A stretch of 64,000 nucleotides of DNA, taken from an uncultured Gammaproteobacteria bacterium. Lineage in GTDB: Bacteria > Pseudomonadota > Gammaproteobacteria > Eutrophobiales > Eutrophobiaceae. The notes under the pieces are model-generated. The model saw nothing but the letters and a program-made list of their open reading frames with translations. It ran no database searches and was not told the origin of the DNA. Positions 40,597 through 50,662 of this stretch are shown piece by piece (positions within the stretch are counted from its first letter, which is position 1; every line of letters begins with the position of its first letter). The position numbers were made by a program, and so were the translations under genes. The stretch lies in contig CATOTD010000002.1 of assembly GCA_951812995.1 (NCBI GenBank), forward strand, positions 67,468-131,467, read 5' to 3'.

Positions 40597-41742
40597 ATTA
40601 ATTCCATAATATGCGATAATACCGCAATGTTTTAAGTGGAGGGTCAAAAGATGCAACAAAAAAGCCTGGCAGTATCTGGATTCGAGAAATACCGCAAGAA
40701 GACACGCAAAGAGATATTTCTCGAAGAGATGAATCAGCTCATTCCCTGGCAAGCGCTGACTGCAGTAATTGAGCCTCATTACCCCAACCCCTGCTGGTCG
40801 CCGTCCGGTGGGCCTGGAACGCATGCTGAGAATTGACTTCCTGCAACACTGGTTTGCCTTATCTGATCCTGCCACAGAAGCGGCTTTATATGACACACCT
40901 GCCATGCGGTGTTTTGCCCAGATAGACTTAGGTCAGGAACCCGTGCCAGATGCAAGCACCCGCTGTCAATGCCGTCATCTACTGGAGGAGAACAACCTCG
41001 GAGTTGCCCTGTTTGATGCTGTTGCCGTCTATCTGGAGGAAAACGGCATGAAAGTATCCAAAGGCACTATTGTTGATGCGACCATCATCAATGCGCCTAC
41101 CGCCACCAAGAACAAAAGCAACACCCGTGACCCTGATAGGCATCAGACCAAACAAGGCAAGCCATGGTACTTTGGCATGAAGGCACACATCGGTGTGGAT
41201 AGCAAAACCAAACTGATACACTCTGTTGTTGCCACACCAGCCAATGTCCACGACTCACAGGTACCTGGAGACCTGCTGCATGGAGAAGAGACCCGTCTTT
41301 GGGGAGATAGTGCCTATGCGGGTCAGCAATCCGTACTCAAGGATAATGACCCCAAGGTAAAAGACTACACCCAGGTCAAAGGCTCACGTCACCGCAAACT
41401 GACCGAACAGGACAAGGCTAAAAACCGGCACAAATCCAAAGTCCGTGCCAAGGTTGAGCATGTCTTTCATATCATGCAGCGACAATATGGATTTACCAAA
41501 GTCAGATTCAAAGGGCCAGGCAAGAATGCGAACCACCTGTTTGCCCACTGTGCCCTGATTAATCTTATGCTATCAAAGAAACAATTATTACGGCTATCAG
41601 TGGCTTAGTACGCCTGGAATAGGGGCGATAGCTGAAAACAGTAGGCCGGGACAAGAGAAATGAAAGAGAGTAATGAGCAAGACGTTCAATGCTCGCTACT
41701 ATCGAGCACAGTGATGCCCACTTGCTTGAAAATCCTTAATTG
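40597..41742 (+). mobile_element. IS5-type element copy 2, transposase disrupted by a short deletion near 40790
   Basis: Same ends and transposase as 27434..28592 (ORFs 40636..40836 and 40769..41608); the N-terminal part jumps from ..EPHYPNP to CWSPSGG.. instead of ..RGAGRRPVGMERML. Confidence 0.8.
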
Positions 41743-41999
41743 ATCAGATGTTCCTTAGGTAATTATATATCTGAGTAACAATATGCTTTCAGTCCTTTTC
41801 CACAATATTGATTGATAGGTTGGCAGTAATAGTGCAATGTTTTGATTATTTATTAGGCTAGGCATTGGTACACGCTTTTTCATTGCTTAGCCCCCTGTTG
41901 GCTATCTGTATTAATCTCCATCACTCTCCAGTCCGCCTTCTTTCGAAGCTTTTCAAAACTAAGCCGTACCCTGAAATCTTCCCCTAAAGTTGGTGCGTT

Positions 42000-42605
42000 T
42001 CAACCCGCAAGCCAAATAGTATCAGTGGCTGACGGGTTATACCTGTCCTGTAGTTCGCCGTTTGGGATGCAAGCTATAATGATGCGGTTTAGTTTTTGTG
42101 AACTACCCACTACTTCATAGACATACTTGGCAATCATGGTAACCACATACATCCTACGCTCGCCCCGTTCAATGAAGCGGTCCAACTTGCCGACTTCAGC
42201 TAAAGACTCTCCTGCACGATGCATCTTCACGGTCATTGATGTTTGCGACATTTGAATGGTTGCTGTTCTGTTGCCATTGCGTTTTTCAGCTTTTGCGTCC
42301 AGCATCAGCGCAACAGGCACAGGATTGGGGAGAAAGGCGTATATTGCCTTCTTGTAATCAACTTTTCCGTATAGGCGCTCGGCAATAGCAGATACCCCCA
42401 TGGTTTCAAGTGCCTCTCTGGTTACGTCCTCAGCGATATCTTGAGGGAGATCGGTCTCCTCTCGAAAGATGGTAACAGCTTGGTCGTAGTAATCAGTGAT
42501 GGCTTGCACCACTACCCCCATGACAGCCTGTTCAAGATGTTCCAATTCCTCAGGCAGCATCGGTACGAAGTCTCGCCATGGCCGTATATTTTGGGTCTGA
42601 ATCAA
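42000..42605 (-). CDS. hypothetical protein, candidate cognate restriction endonuclease (by position only)
   Basis: 201-aa ORF overlapping the methyltransferase stop by ~55 nt on the same strand (classic coupled M-R layout). No confident nuclease motif seen; LDAKAEK is only a weak PD-(D/E)xK candidate. Confidence 0.3.
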   Translation of the reverse strand: MIQTQNIRPWRDFVPMLPEELEHLEQAVMGVVVQAITDYYDQAVTIFREETDLPQDIAEDVTREALETMGVSAIAERLYGKVDYKKAIYAFLPNPVPVALMLDAKAEKRNGNRTATIQMSQTSMTVKMHRAGESLAEVGKLDRFIERGERRMYVVTMIAKYVYEVVGSSQKLNRIIIACIPNGELQDRYNPSATDTIWLAG

Positions 42606-43581
42606 TGCCGTACCATTGTCGATTCAGCTTCTTGGCCACTGCCGTAGTGGTGCCGCTACCAACAAACGGGTCAATAACGACACCTCCTTCGGGTGAGAAT
42701 AAACGTATTACTCTAGAGGCTAATTCTTCAGGAAACTCTGCTTCGTGCCGATTGTTCCGCGCCACTGACCTTATCTGCCAAATACCACGTGATCCCCAGC
42801 TAGACCATTCGTGATCATCTATCCGAGCACGATCATAAGTTACGATGCCAGGCCGATGGAGTACATAAATGTGCTCAAATTCATCCACAGATCGATAACT
42901 GTTAGAATGCCACCTGCTATTCATCCAGCAGGGGTCTTTATGCCAGATGCGCTGATCATACAAATATAATCCAGCCGCTTCCCCCCATTCCACCACCATG
43001 CATCCAGTCAACAATAGCTTGGTTTGGGTTTGTCGTTTCCCGCCCCGTACATTATTGTGCTCCAGCCGCCTCTGAACGGTTTGTTCGCTACAGCCGAGAA
43101 CAGCACCTATCTCTTTCCTGTTGTAGTCTGGGTATACGGTCATGGTCTCCAGGATTTGTTTGCGCGTCACAGGATTTTTTTTGTGCCTCATGTTGTCAGC
43201 CCGGAAACGCGGAATGCTTTTATCTGGGAAACAAAGAATATCTCCAATGTTAATCGCAAGGAATCCGCCAGGTTTGATGATTCTGGCATGACCAGCTATG
43301 ACTGCACACACCATATCTTGCCACTCTTCAAATGTTAAATTGCGCTCATACGACTTGCCAACGTAGTAAGGCGGCGACCAGAAGCTCAAATCAACGGAAC
43401 TGTCAGGAATCTGGGGTAAAACGTCTCTCGCGTCCCCGGTGACAATTCGATTAAACGGGAGGTTAGCTTTCGCTTTCCTAGACCCTTGCACCTCTTCATG
43501 CTGGCGGGAAAGCCCCTGATTATTGGACCTGTTTCTGGTCTTGATGCCTTGTATTGGCGGTGTCTGAACTCCGCCAATCAC
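42550..43581 (-). CDS. beta-class DNA methyltransferase (SPPY motif, probably N4-cytosine or N6-adenine) with an HTH-like insert
   Basis: Motif IV DLSFWSPPYY near the N-terminus and motif I VIDPFVGSGTT near the C-terminus (beta-class order). The central segment RKQILETMTVYPDYNRKEIGAVLGCSEQTVQRRLE resembles a helix-turn-helix. Confidence 0.75.
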   Translation of the reverse strand: MIGGVQTPPIQGIKTRNRSNNQGLSRQHEEVQGSRKAKANLPFNRIVTGDARDVLPQIPDSSVDLSFWSPPYYVGKSYERNLTFEEWQDMVCAVIAGHARIIKPGGFLAINIGDILCFPDKSIPRFRADNMRHKKNPVTRKQILETMTVYPDYNRKEIGAVLGCSEQTVQRRLEHNNVRGGKRQTQTKLLLTGCMVVEWGEAAGLYLYDQRIWHKDPCWMNSRWHSNSYRSVDEFEHIYVLHRPGIVTYDRARIDDHEWSSWGSRGIWQIRSVARNNRHEAEFPEELASRVIRLFSPEGGVVIDPFVGSGTTTAVAKKLNRQWYGIDSDPKYTAMARLRTDAA

Positions 43582-43853
43582 GACCGCGCACCACTTGATA
43601 GTCCGTTGTCGGTAATCAATTCGCGGTAGCGAAGTTGCTTTCCCCCCATCCCAATAACGATACAGGCCATCTGATCCGTCGTGTCAGCATCACGGTTGTT
43701 CTGCCTTTCGGCAAACTCATTGACATAACGGTCAAGGTGCTTCTCACTCGTTTTGTGGTAGGTACCGTAATACCAACGCTTGAGCATCGCCCAGAAGCTC
43801 TCAATTTCCAGATATTTTTGATACTGCTTATCGCTAATCGGTTTGTCAATCAT
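43578..43853 (-). pseudogene. C-terminal fragment of an IS1595-family transposase
   Basis: ..ESFWAMLKRWYYGTYHKTSEKHLDRYVNEFAERQNNRD.. matches the conserved IS1595 C-terminus (cf. SVWALLKRGLYGVWPHASTKHLHRYVNEVTFRLNN); no upstream remainder. Confidence 0.65.
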
Positions 43854-43955
43854 AGCTTTCCTACCTCTTTAAACTCGTTGGAGAAGTAACCACAAGGTCA
43901 ACAAAACAATCTGGCATACTAGCCATTATTTTAAGGCAGTTGCCTTGCATATATT

Positions 43956-44882
43956 CTATTGCGTAAGATTTTGATAGGTCAGTCTCTTGCCGGTAATATT
44001 AGCTATTAAACTGCATACCCGGTTAATGGTATCAATCCGGCAATTACCATCATTTAATCTAAAAACAAACTCATTGATATACCGATGACAATGCTTTTTA
44101 CTCCAGTTATGATAAGTGCCATAGAACCCACGCTTTAATACAGCCCAGACGCTTTCAATGCTGTTTGTGTGGGCCATCCCGTTTACAAACTCCTTGGCAC
44201 TGTGATTAACCGTATCATGCTGATACAAACGCTCAAGACCAGCATATCCCTTATGCTCATCAGTAACTAGCTGGCTTCCAGCGGTGATATTTTTATGAAT
44301 TGTAGACTGTATGGTATACTGGTCGGTATTGCTTATCGGAACTGCCCTAACAGAACCACCGCGTACTTTCATACCCATGACCGCAACCTTGCCAACCGTC
44401 CCACGTCCTGCCTTGAGCTTCTTGTTCTCATGCTTGTTCGCTTCCTTGCCTCCAAGGTAAGTCTCATCAATCTCTATGATGCCACTCAACTTGTTGTCAT
44501 TACCTCCACATGCTTCTCTAATTCTATGTGATAGAAACCAGGCAGATTTTTGGGTAATACCCAACTCTTTGGCTAAATGCAAACTGGATATGCCTTTGCG
44601 CCCAGTTTGCATTAAATAGATAGCGTACAGCCATTTTCTTAAGGGTAATTTTGAAGTATTAAAGATTGTACCAATGCGCACGGTAAAGTCTTTTCGGCAA
44701 GTTTTATTCTTACATCTATGCCCATGTCTTTTGGGTCTGGGTGTAGAATTGCCGATACAGTTGCAATGGGGGCATATTGTTTGATCGCCCCATACTTGTT
44801 TTTCTATAAATGACACTGCTGTAGCCTCATCAAGGAATAATGTCATAAATTGAAATGTTGATATTGTTTTTGCTGTTTTCAT
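43956..44882 (-). CDS. IS1595-family transposase, divergent lineage (308 aa, apparently intact)
   Basis: Zinc ribbon CPHCNC..C..C, KWLYAIYL and IIEIDETYLGG motifs, ~45% identical to the 24389..25312 protein. An IR-like AAGTATATAATTCCC lies at 44967..44981; the other end is not identifiable and there is no passenger ORF. Confidence 0.8.
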   Translation of the reverse strand: MKTAKTISTFQFMTLFLDEATAVSFIEKQVWGDQTICPHCNCIGNSTPRPKRHGHRCKNKTCRKDFTVRIGTIFNTSKLPLRKWLYAIYLMQTGRKGISSLHLAKELGITQKSAWFLSHRIREACGGNDNKLSGIIEIDETYLGGKEANKHENKKLKAGRGTVGKVAVMGMKVRGGSVRAVPISNTDQYTIQSTIHKNITAGSQLVTDEHKGYAGLERLYQHDTVNHSAKEFVNGMAHTNSIESVWAVLKRGFYGTYHNWSKKHCHRYINEFVFRLNDGNCRIDTINRVCSLIANITGKRLTYQNLTQ

Positions 44883-45014
44883 CTATCATATAACCAGCGT
44901 TTACTCATTATTAAGCAGTAATACATTATATGACACATAAAAAATCAATCTGTTTTAAATATATTTGTGGCGTTAAGTATATAATTCCCAAGTATAGGGA
45001 TCCCCTACCTGGAC

Positions 45015-45725
45015 TTACCGGTTGTTAATCTGGCTCACGATCTCATCTGGCGGCATATAGCCTGGTAACATGTCGCCATTTTGTAGATAGATTGCAGGCG
45101 TGCCACGCACACCTAATTTTTGCCCCAGGGCATATTGTTCAGCGACGGGATCATCACAAGATTTGGCGGCTACTGGTTCTCTATTTTTTGCGGCTGTCAA
45201 TGCCGTTTGTCGGTTATCAGCACACCATACATGACGCATTTTACGACCTATGGCCGACTCGGTGCCGGTGCGTGGATAAGCCAGGTAGCGCACGGTAATC
45301 CCTAGCGCATTTAGTGTCGGCACATCAAGATGGAGTTTTCTGCAATAGCCGCAATCAACATCAGTAAAAACATAGATAGTGTCTTGCGCATGTTGCGATG
45401 CAAACTCGATATAGTCATCTTTCGCAATCGTCTTGAGCAATTTTATTCTGGCATTGGATCGGACTTCTTCGGTCAGGTTGCGACGTTCATTCGCATCGAG
45501 CAAATCACCTCTGAATACATAATTGCCATCGCCGGTCATGTAAATAATATCTGTGCCGATGACAACCTGGTAGAGACCATCAACCGGTGTCGCTTGCACG
45601 CTGTCAATTTCTACATCCGGCAACAATCTGGCCAAGGCGGCGTTTAATTCAGCGTTGCGGTCATCTGCGGCCAGCGCTACTGATGAGATAAAAATACCCA
45701 GCAATAAAAACGGACTGAATTTCAT
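45015..45725 (-). CDS. dsbC: thiol:disulfide interchange protein DsbC/DsbG family
   Basis: 236 aa with a signal peptide, an N-terminal dimerisation region and a thioredoxin fold with CGYC active site (FTDVDCGYCRKLH). Confidence 0.85.
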   Translation of the reverse strand: MKFSPFLLLGIFISSVALAADDRNAELNAALARLLPDVEIDSVQATPVDGLYQVVIGTDIIYMTGDGNYVFRGDLLDANERRNLTEEVRSNARIKLLKTIAKDDYIEFASQHAQDTIYVFTDVDCGYCRKLHLDVPTLNALGITVRYLAYPRTGTESAIGRKMRHVWCADNRQTALTAAKNREPVAAKSCDDPVAEQYALGQKLGVRGTPAIYLQNGDMLPGYMPPDEIVSQINNR

Positions 45726-45738
45726 GTGTGCTCCCTAG

Positions 45739-45850
45739 GTTATGGTGTATTTAGGTTATGGTGTATTTAGGTTATGGTGTATTTAGGTTATGGTGTATTT
45801 AGGTTATGGTGTATTTAGGTTATGGTGTATTTAGGTTATCGTGTATTTAG
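45739..45850. repeat. 7 tandem copies of a 16-bp unit GTTATGGTGTATTTAG (last copy GTTATCGTGTATTTAG)
   Basis: Perfect head-to-tail repeats immediately upstream of the dsbC start codon (45725, minus strand), in the divergent region shared with the 45972 gene. Confidence 0.9.
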
Positions 45851-45971
45851 CGATTGCAGAACCTTAACATCAGACCATTATACAGGGTTTGTGTTCCTTA
45901 ACGATTGAATAATTCGATGCGTCCTCTTTTCGTGATACAGTCATGGGATACTAAACTGAATCTACATAATA

Positions 45972-47735
45972 ATGTCTGAAGCCAAGTTAGAGATTGACTA
46001 CATCCTCAACTTATTGGGGAAAGATGGACTGATAAACCAGCAACAGCGTAGCCAGCTATCCAATATCAGCACGGAGCGGACAAAAGTGCATATTCATCCT
46101 TTGATTACGATCGCCGAACAAGGCTGGAAGTCGTCAACAGTCCCCAGCTATCCGCTGAGTCTTGAAACACTGACCAAGTGGCTGGCCGCAAAAGTCAATC
46201 AAACCTATTTGCGGATCGATCCACTTAAAATAAATGTGCAGAAAATCACGGCGGTTGTCTCGCAGGCCTATGCGGCAAAACTTAAGATACTACCCGTAGA
46301 GGTGAACAAAACCGAGCTAACGATTGCAACATGTGAGCCTTTTATTACGGCTTGGGAAGCGGAGTTGGCGCGCATTGCGAAACTCAAGATCAAGCGTGTC
46401 ATCATCAATCCCAGAGATCTTGAGCGTTATTTAATCGAGTTTTATGGTGTCAGTAAATCCATATCGAGCGCGGTCGGGCAAAAAAAAGACGAGCCGATAG
46501 CGCTTATTCAAAACTTTGAGCAATTAGTCAAGGTTGGTAAAGCGGGCGAACCAGACGCGAATGATCAGCATATCGTCAGCATTGTAGATTGGCTGTTGCA
46601 GTTTGCCTTTGAACAACGCGCGAGTGATATTCATCTTGAGCCGCGACGGGAAAAAGGCCGCATCCGTTTTAGGATAGACAGCGTATTGCATACGGTGCAT
46701 GAACTACCGGTGGTGCTGATGGTCGCCATTACCAGCCGACTGAAATCGCTTGGTCGCATGGATGTCACAGACCGCCGCCGCCCGCAAGACGGGCGAGTCA
46801 AGACCCTAACCCCTTCTGGAAAAGAAGTCGAGATGCGACTCTCGACGATGCCGACGACCTTTGGTGAAAAACTCGTTATGCGGATTTTCGATCCTGATAT
46901 GTTGGTCAAGAATTACCAGGAACTTGGTTTTACCAAGCATGATCAAGCAAAACTAGATGACATGTTGAGCAATTCACATGGCATTATTGTAATCACCGGG
47001 CCAACCGGTTCTGGCAAAACAACCACGTTATACTCGGCGTTGAATCAGATTGCTTGTCCAGAGATCAATATTTGTACTATTGAAGATCCGATTGAAATGG
47101 TGACACCGCAGTTTAATCAAATGCAGGTTCAACAATCTATAGGGATAGACTTCTCGGCGGGTGTTAGGACGTTGTTGAGGCAAGATCCCGACATCATCAT
47201 GATCGGTGAGATCCGCGATCGGGAAACGGCTGATATCGCTGTACAAGCGGCCTTGACAGGCCATCTTGTGTTATCCAGTTTACATACCAATGATGCGCCT
47301 TCTGCCGTGACACGATTGCTAGATTTAGGCTTGCAGGCTTTTCTATTAAACGCAACAATACAGGGTGTGATAGCCCAGCGGTTGTTAAGGACGTTGTGTA
47401 TTCATTGTCGGGTGCAGATCCTGACTGACAAGCAAAGCTGGACGGAATTTACCTATCCCGACAACTTAAAAATGCCGCCCCAGATATGCCGACCGGTTGG
47501 TTGTGATGAGTGTCGGCATACCGGTTATTTAGGCCGCACTGCTATTTACGAAGTCTTAAAAATGGACGCAACCATACGTGAACAGGTGTCTATGCATACG
47601 AATCTGGACCTATTGCGTGCGGCGACCTTAAAAAGTGGTATGCGGCCATTAAAAATCAGCGCCGCCCAAAAAGTTGCCAATGGCTTGACGACGCTTGAAG
47701 AAGCGTATTCTGTATTACCGCAGCGGCAACATTAA
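45972..47735 (+). CDS. GspE/PilB/MshE-family secretion ATPase (type II secretion / type IV pilus)
   Basis: 587 aa with a T2SSE_N/MshEN-like N-domain (LLGKDGLINQQQ...), Walker A (ITGPTGSGKTTTLY), Asp/His boxes and a C-terminal tetracysteine (CIHC...CDEC). Confidence 0.8.
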   Translation: MSEAKLEIDYILNLLGKDGLINQQQRSQLSNISTERTKVHIHPLITIAEQGWKSSTVPSYPLSLETLTKWLAAKVNQTYLRIDPLKINVQKITAVVSQAYAAKLKILPVEVNKTELTIATCEPFITAWEAELARIAKLKIKRVIINPRDLERYLIEFYGVSKSISSAVGQKKDEPIALIQNFEQLVKVGKAGEPDANDQHIVSIVDWLLQFAFEQRASDIHLEPRREKGRIRFRIDSVLHTVHELPVVLMVAITSRLKSLGRMDVTDRRRPQDGRVKTLTPSGKEVEMRLSTMPTTFGEKLVMRIFDPDMLVKNYQELGFTKHDQAKLDDMLSNSHGIIVITGPTGSGKTTTLYSALNQIACPEINICTIEDPIEMVTPQFNQMQVQQSIGIDFSAGVRTLLRQDPDIIMIGEIRDRETADIAVQAALTGHLVLSSLHTNDAPSAVTRLLDLGLQAFLLNATIQGVIAQRLLRTLCIHCRVQILTDKQSWTEFTYPDNLKMPPQICRPVGCDECRHTGYLGRTAIYEVLKMDATIREQVSMHTNLDLLRAATLKSGMRPLKISAAQKVANGLTTLEEAYSVLPQRQH

Positions 47736-47745
47736 ACCGCAATCC

Positions 47746-48657
47746 TTAGCCGCGTGGATGATGTTCGGCATGTAAATCCTTGAGACGTTCTCTTGCAACA
47801 TGCGTATATATTTGCGTGGTAGAAATATCACTATGCCCCAACAGCATCTGCACGACTCTTAAATCAGCACCATGATTGAGCAGATGGGTGGCAAAGGCGT
47901 GGCGCAATACATGGGGCGATAATGTTTTTTTAATATCCGCGACGGCCGCATAGCGTTTGACGATATGCCAAAAAGTTTGGCGCGTCATCGCCGTGCGCCG
48001 ATTACTCGGGAACAGCGCATCGGTTAAGGTATGATTCAGAATCTCGTTGCGGGCTGATGCAAGATAGCGTTCAAGCCACACGCCAGCCTCTTCACCCATT
48101 GGCACCAAACGCTCTTTATTGCCTTTACCGGTCACTCTCAGGACACCTTGACGCAGATTCACCTGCTGCATTGTTAAGGCAACAAGTTCCGAGACGCGCA
48201 AACCAGTCGCATACAGTAATTCCAGCATCGTTCTATCCCTTACCCCGGCTACTTGTGCGGTATCTGGCGCGTTGAGCAGTGCTTCAACTTCAGATTCAGT
48301 CAGGGTCTTTGGCAGTGTGCGTCCAAGCCTTGGTGCATCGACATGGCTAACTGGATTTTGTTTGATGTGATCCTCGCGCAGTAGGTATTCATACAGCCGC
48401 CGCAAGCTGGATAATCGTCGTGCCACTGTTCGTGCCGAGCTATGCTTTGCAGCCGCGAGATAAGCCAGCACATCTTTCGGCTCGGCGCTGGCCAATGTCA
48501 CATGCTGTTGTTGTAGCCAACATGAAAAATGGGTCAAGTCGCTACGATAGGCGGCCAGCGTGTTATTGCTCAAGCCGCGCTCCATCCATAAAGCATCAAG
48601 GAATGCGTCTATAATGCGCCTCGATTCGGGCGCACTGTTTGTGTGTTGTTCGGTCAA
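47746..48657 (-). CDS. xerC: tyrosine recombinase XerC (apparent TTG start)
   Basis: 303 aa with the catalytic R..HxxR..Y tail (HVLRHAFATHLLNHGADLRVVQMLLGHSDISTTQIYTHV). The first codon in frame is TTG; the 5' end lies inside a ~185-bp direct repeat. Confidence 0.85.
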   Translation of the reverse strand: MTEQHTNSAPESRRIIDAFLDALWMERGLSNNTLAAYRSDLTHFSCWLQQQHVTLASAEPKDVLAYLAAAKHSSARTVARRLSSLRRLYEYLLREDHIKQNPVSHVDAPRLGRTLPKTLTESEVEALLNAPDTAQVAGVRDRTMLELLYATGLRVSELVALTMQQVNLRQGVLRVTGKGNKERLVPMGEEAGVWLERYLASARNEILNHTLTDALFPSNRRTAMTRQTFWHIVKRYAAVADIKKTLSPHVLRHAFATHLLNHGADLRVVQMLLGHSDISTTQIYTHVARERLKDLHAEHHPRG

Positions 48658-48751
48658 TTACGTCATGCCTAAACGATTCATGGATACAGCCGCGGTCGGC
48701 AGCTTAGATGCGCATGTTGCAGGTGTTGATGGCACCGCCACGTTAATAAGG
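48569..48751. repeat. left copy of a ~185-bp direct repeat (xerC 5' end plus upstream) bracketing the EcoRV-like R-M insertion; right copy at 50663..50850
   Basis: Near-identical sequence (CAAGCCGCGCTCCATCCATAAAGCATCAAGGAATGCGTC...GATGGCACCGCC) at both positions. The right copy contains a duplicated 5' fragment of xerC (first ~30 codons). Confidence 0.85.
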
Positions 48752-48875
48752 GAATTATATACTTAAGAATAAGCATATTATATACAATTACTTATCCAGT
48801 CATAAATTATGAATATCAGAAAAACAGCAGATACAATTTCATCAATATACGCCTTAAATATCAGGAGAAAATACA

Positions 48876-49631
48876 ATGAAAAAAGAGTTTGAAGCGCATC
48901 TCAAACAATTTGTCGCAGGACTCAAAGCACATATAAGCACAGAAAACAAACAGTGGACGATCAAGGGATTTATTGATGTATTCCAAAACATTTATACGAT
49001 TTCTGCAGACACCAAAATCATCTCTAAAATTTTAGAAATTCATTTATTTCCGAAAATCATGGAGTTTGCGCAAACTTGTGGCTACAAAATCGTGCTTGCC
49101 GAACACCAAAACTACTACCCCGATATATCATTTATAAAGACTGATGATGAGGATGTTAAATTTGCACTGGATCTAAAAACAACTTATAGAAACCCAAGAA
49201 AACCATTTTTATGCAACGGCTTTACATTAGGCTCCCACGGAAAATACTTTACAGACCGAACCAGCAAGAAAAACATACAATTTCCTTACGGCGAATATGC
49301 AGGTCATTTTTGCCTTGGGATTATCTATGACCGAGGGTCTAAGGTCGCTACAAAAGAAACAATCAATTACAATATAAACGAGCTGCGCTCAATTGTATCT
49401 GTCATTAGTAATTTTCAGTTTTTTGTGGCAGAAAAATGGAAGATTGCAGGCGATAAAAGTGGCAGTGGTAATACAGCCAATATCGGTAGCATCAACAACA
49501 TTGCCGACATCGTAAGTAACAACGGGATGTTTGCAAAACTAGGTGAGTCGTGGTTTGATGACTACTGGATGAATTTAATAAAATTACCGCTTCTGATGGC
49601 AAAGGCGGCACCAAGAAAATCACATCTTTAA
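48876..49631 (+). CDS. type II restriction endonuclease, EcoRV-like
   Basis: 251 aa, alignable by recall to R.EcoRV (QNYYPDISF vs QNHYPDF, LDLKTTY vs IDIKTTY, YNINEL, KWKIAGDKSGSGNTANIGSI vs KWVIAGDLAGSGNTTNIGSI, DDYWMN vs DYWRN). Low GC. Confidence 0.75.
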   Translation: MKKEFEAHLKQFVAGLKAHISTENKQWTIKGFIDVFQNIYTISADTKIISKILEIHLFPKIMEFAQTCGYKIVLAEHQNYYPDISFIKTDDEDVKFALDLKTTYRNPRKPFLCNGFTLGSHGKYFTDRTSKKNIQFPYGEYAGHFCLGIIYDRGSKVATKETINYNINELRSIVSVISNFQFFVAEKWKIAGDKSGSGNTANIGSINNIADIVSNNGMFAKLGESWFDDYWMNLIKLPLLMAKAAPRKSHL

Positions 49632-49709
49632 GCGATTTTGTGAAATATAGAAAAGGAGATAAATCGTTAATAGTGCCAAAAAGAAATAGTCCGCCGTAAC
49701 CACAAACCA

Positions 49710-50627
49710 ATGAAACTACAGGCTCCACCAATCAAATCACAAGGCATAAAAACCAAGTTAGTGCCTTGGATAAAAACGGTTGTACCCAATCAATTAACCG
49801 GGAAATGGATAGAGCCTTTTATGGGAACAGGGGCAGTAGCCTTTAATATTGCTCCTCATCATGCTTTGTTATGCGATATTAACCCCCATTTAATCAATTT
49901 CTATCAAGCCGTTGCCGAACAAGACATTACCCCATCTGGCGTCAGAGAATATTTAAGTAGTGAAGGTGCTAATCTATTGAAAAGAGGTGAAGCGCATTAC
50001 TACCACGTAAGAGAAAGATTCAATAAAAAATTTAATCCTTTGGATTTTCTGTTTCTAAATAGAGCGGGGTTTAACGGAATGATACGCTTCAATAGAAAAG
50101 GCCATTTTAATACGCCATTTTGTAAAAAACCGCAAAGGTTCTCTCCAGCTTACATAACCAAAATTGTCAATCAAGTTGCTTATGTGAGCCACTTGCTGGC
50201 CACAAAAAAATTCAAATTCAAATGTCAATCATTCAAGGATACAATAACCCGTGCTAATACAGATGATGTGATTTACTGTGATCCTCCCTATATAGACAGA
50301 CATGCCGATTATTTTAATGGCTGGGATGTTGAGCAGGAAAAAAGTCTTTTTAATGTTTTGGCGAAAACAAATAGCCAGTTTATTTTATCAACATGGCATC
50401 ACAATCAATACCGGGAAAATAAGTACATAAAGAGTCTATGGGGTCAGTTTAATATGCTTACAAGAGAGCATTTTTACCATATCGGTGCAAGCGAAAAAAA
50501 CAGAAACCTGATGATAGAAGCCATTGTAACAAATTGCGAAATACAACACGGTAATAACGAAACAAACGAAACGGACGAAATGAACGAAACGTTGAAACAG
50601 CAAGAACAAACCAGCTTGCTAATATAA
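49710..50627 (+). CDS. N6-adenine DNA methyltransferase, M.EcoRV-like (Dam/D12 class)
   Basis: 305 aa closely matching M.EcoRV by recall ([77 protein letters not shown]). Confidence 0.85.
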   Translation: MKLQAPPIKSQGIKTKLVPWIKTVVPNQLTGKWIEPFMGTGAVAFNIAPHHALLCDINPHLINFYQAVAEQDITPSGVREYLSSEGANLLKRGEAHYYHVRERFNKKFNPLDFLFLNRAGFNGMIRFNRKGHFNTPFCKKPQRFSPAYITKIVNQVAYVSHLLATKKFKFKCQSFKDTITRANTDDVIYCDPPYIDRHADYFNGWDVEQEKSLFNVLAKTNSQFILSTWHHNQYRENKYIKSLWGQFNMLTREHFYHIGASEKNRNLMIEAIVTNCEIQHGNNETNETDEMNETLKQQEQTSLLI

Positions 50628-50662
50628 CAACACCCAAGATAGCAAATCACTCAAGCATTACG

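Noticed and set aside
45739-45850. Possible CRISPR array (regular short repeats)
   Set aside because: Units are directly adjacent with no spacers, only 16 bp long and without cas genes nearby; this is a simple tandem repeat.
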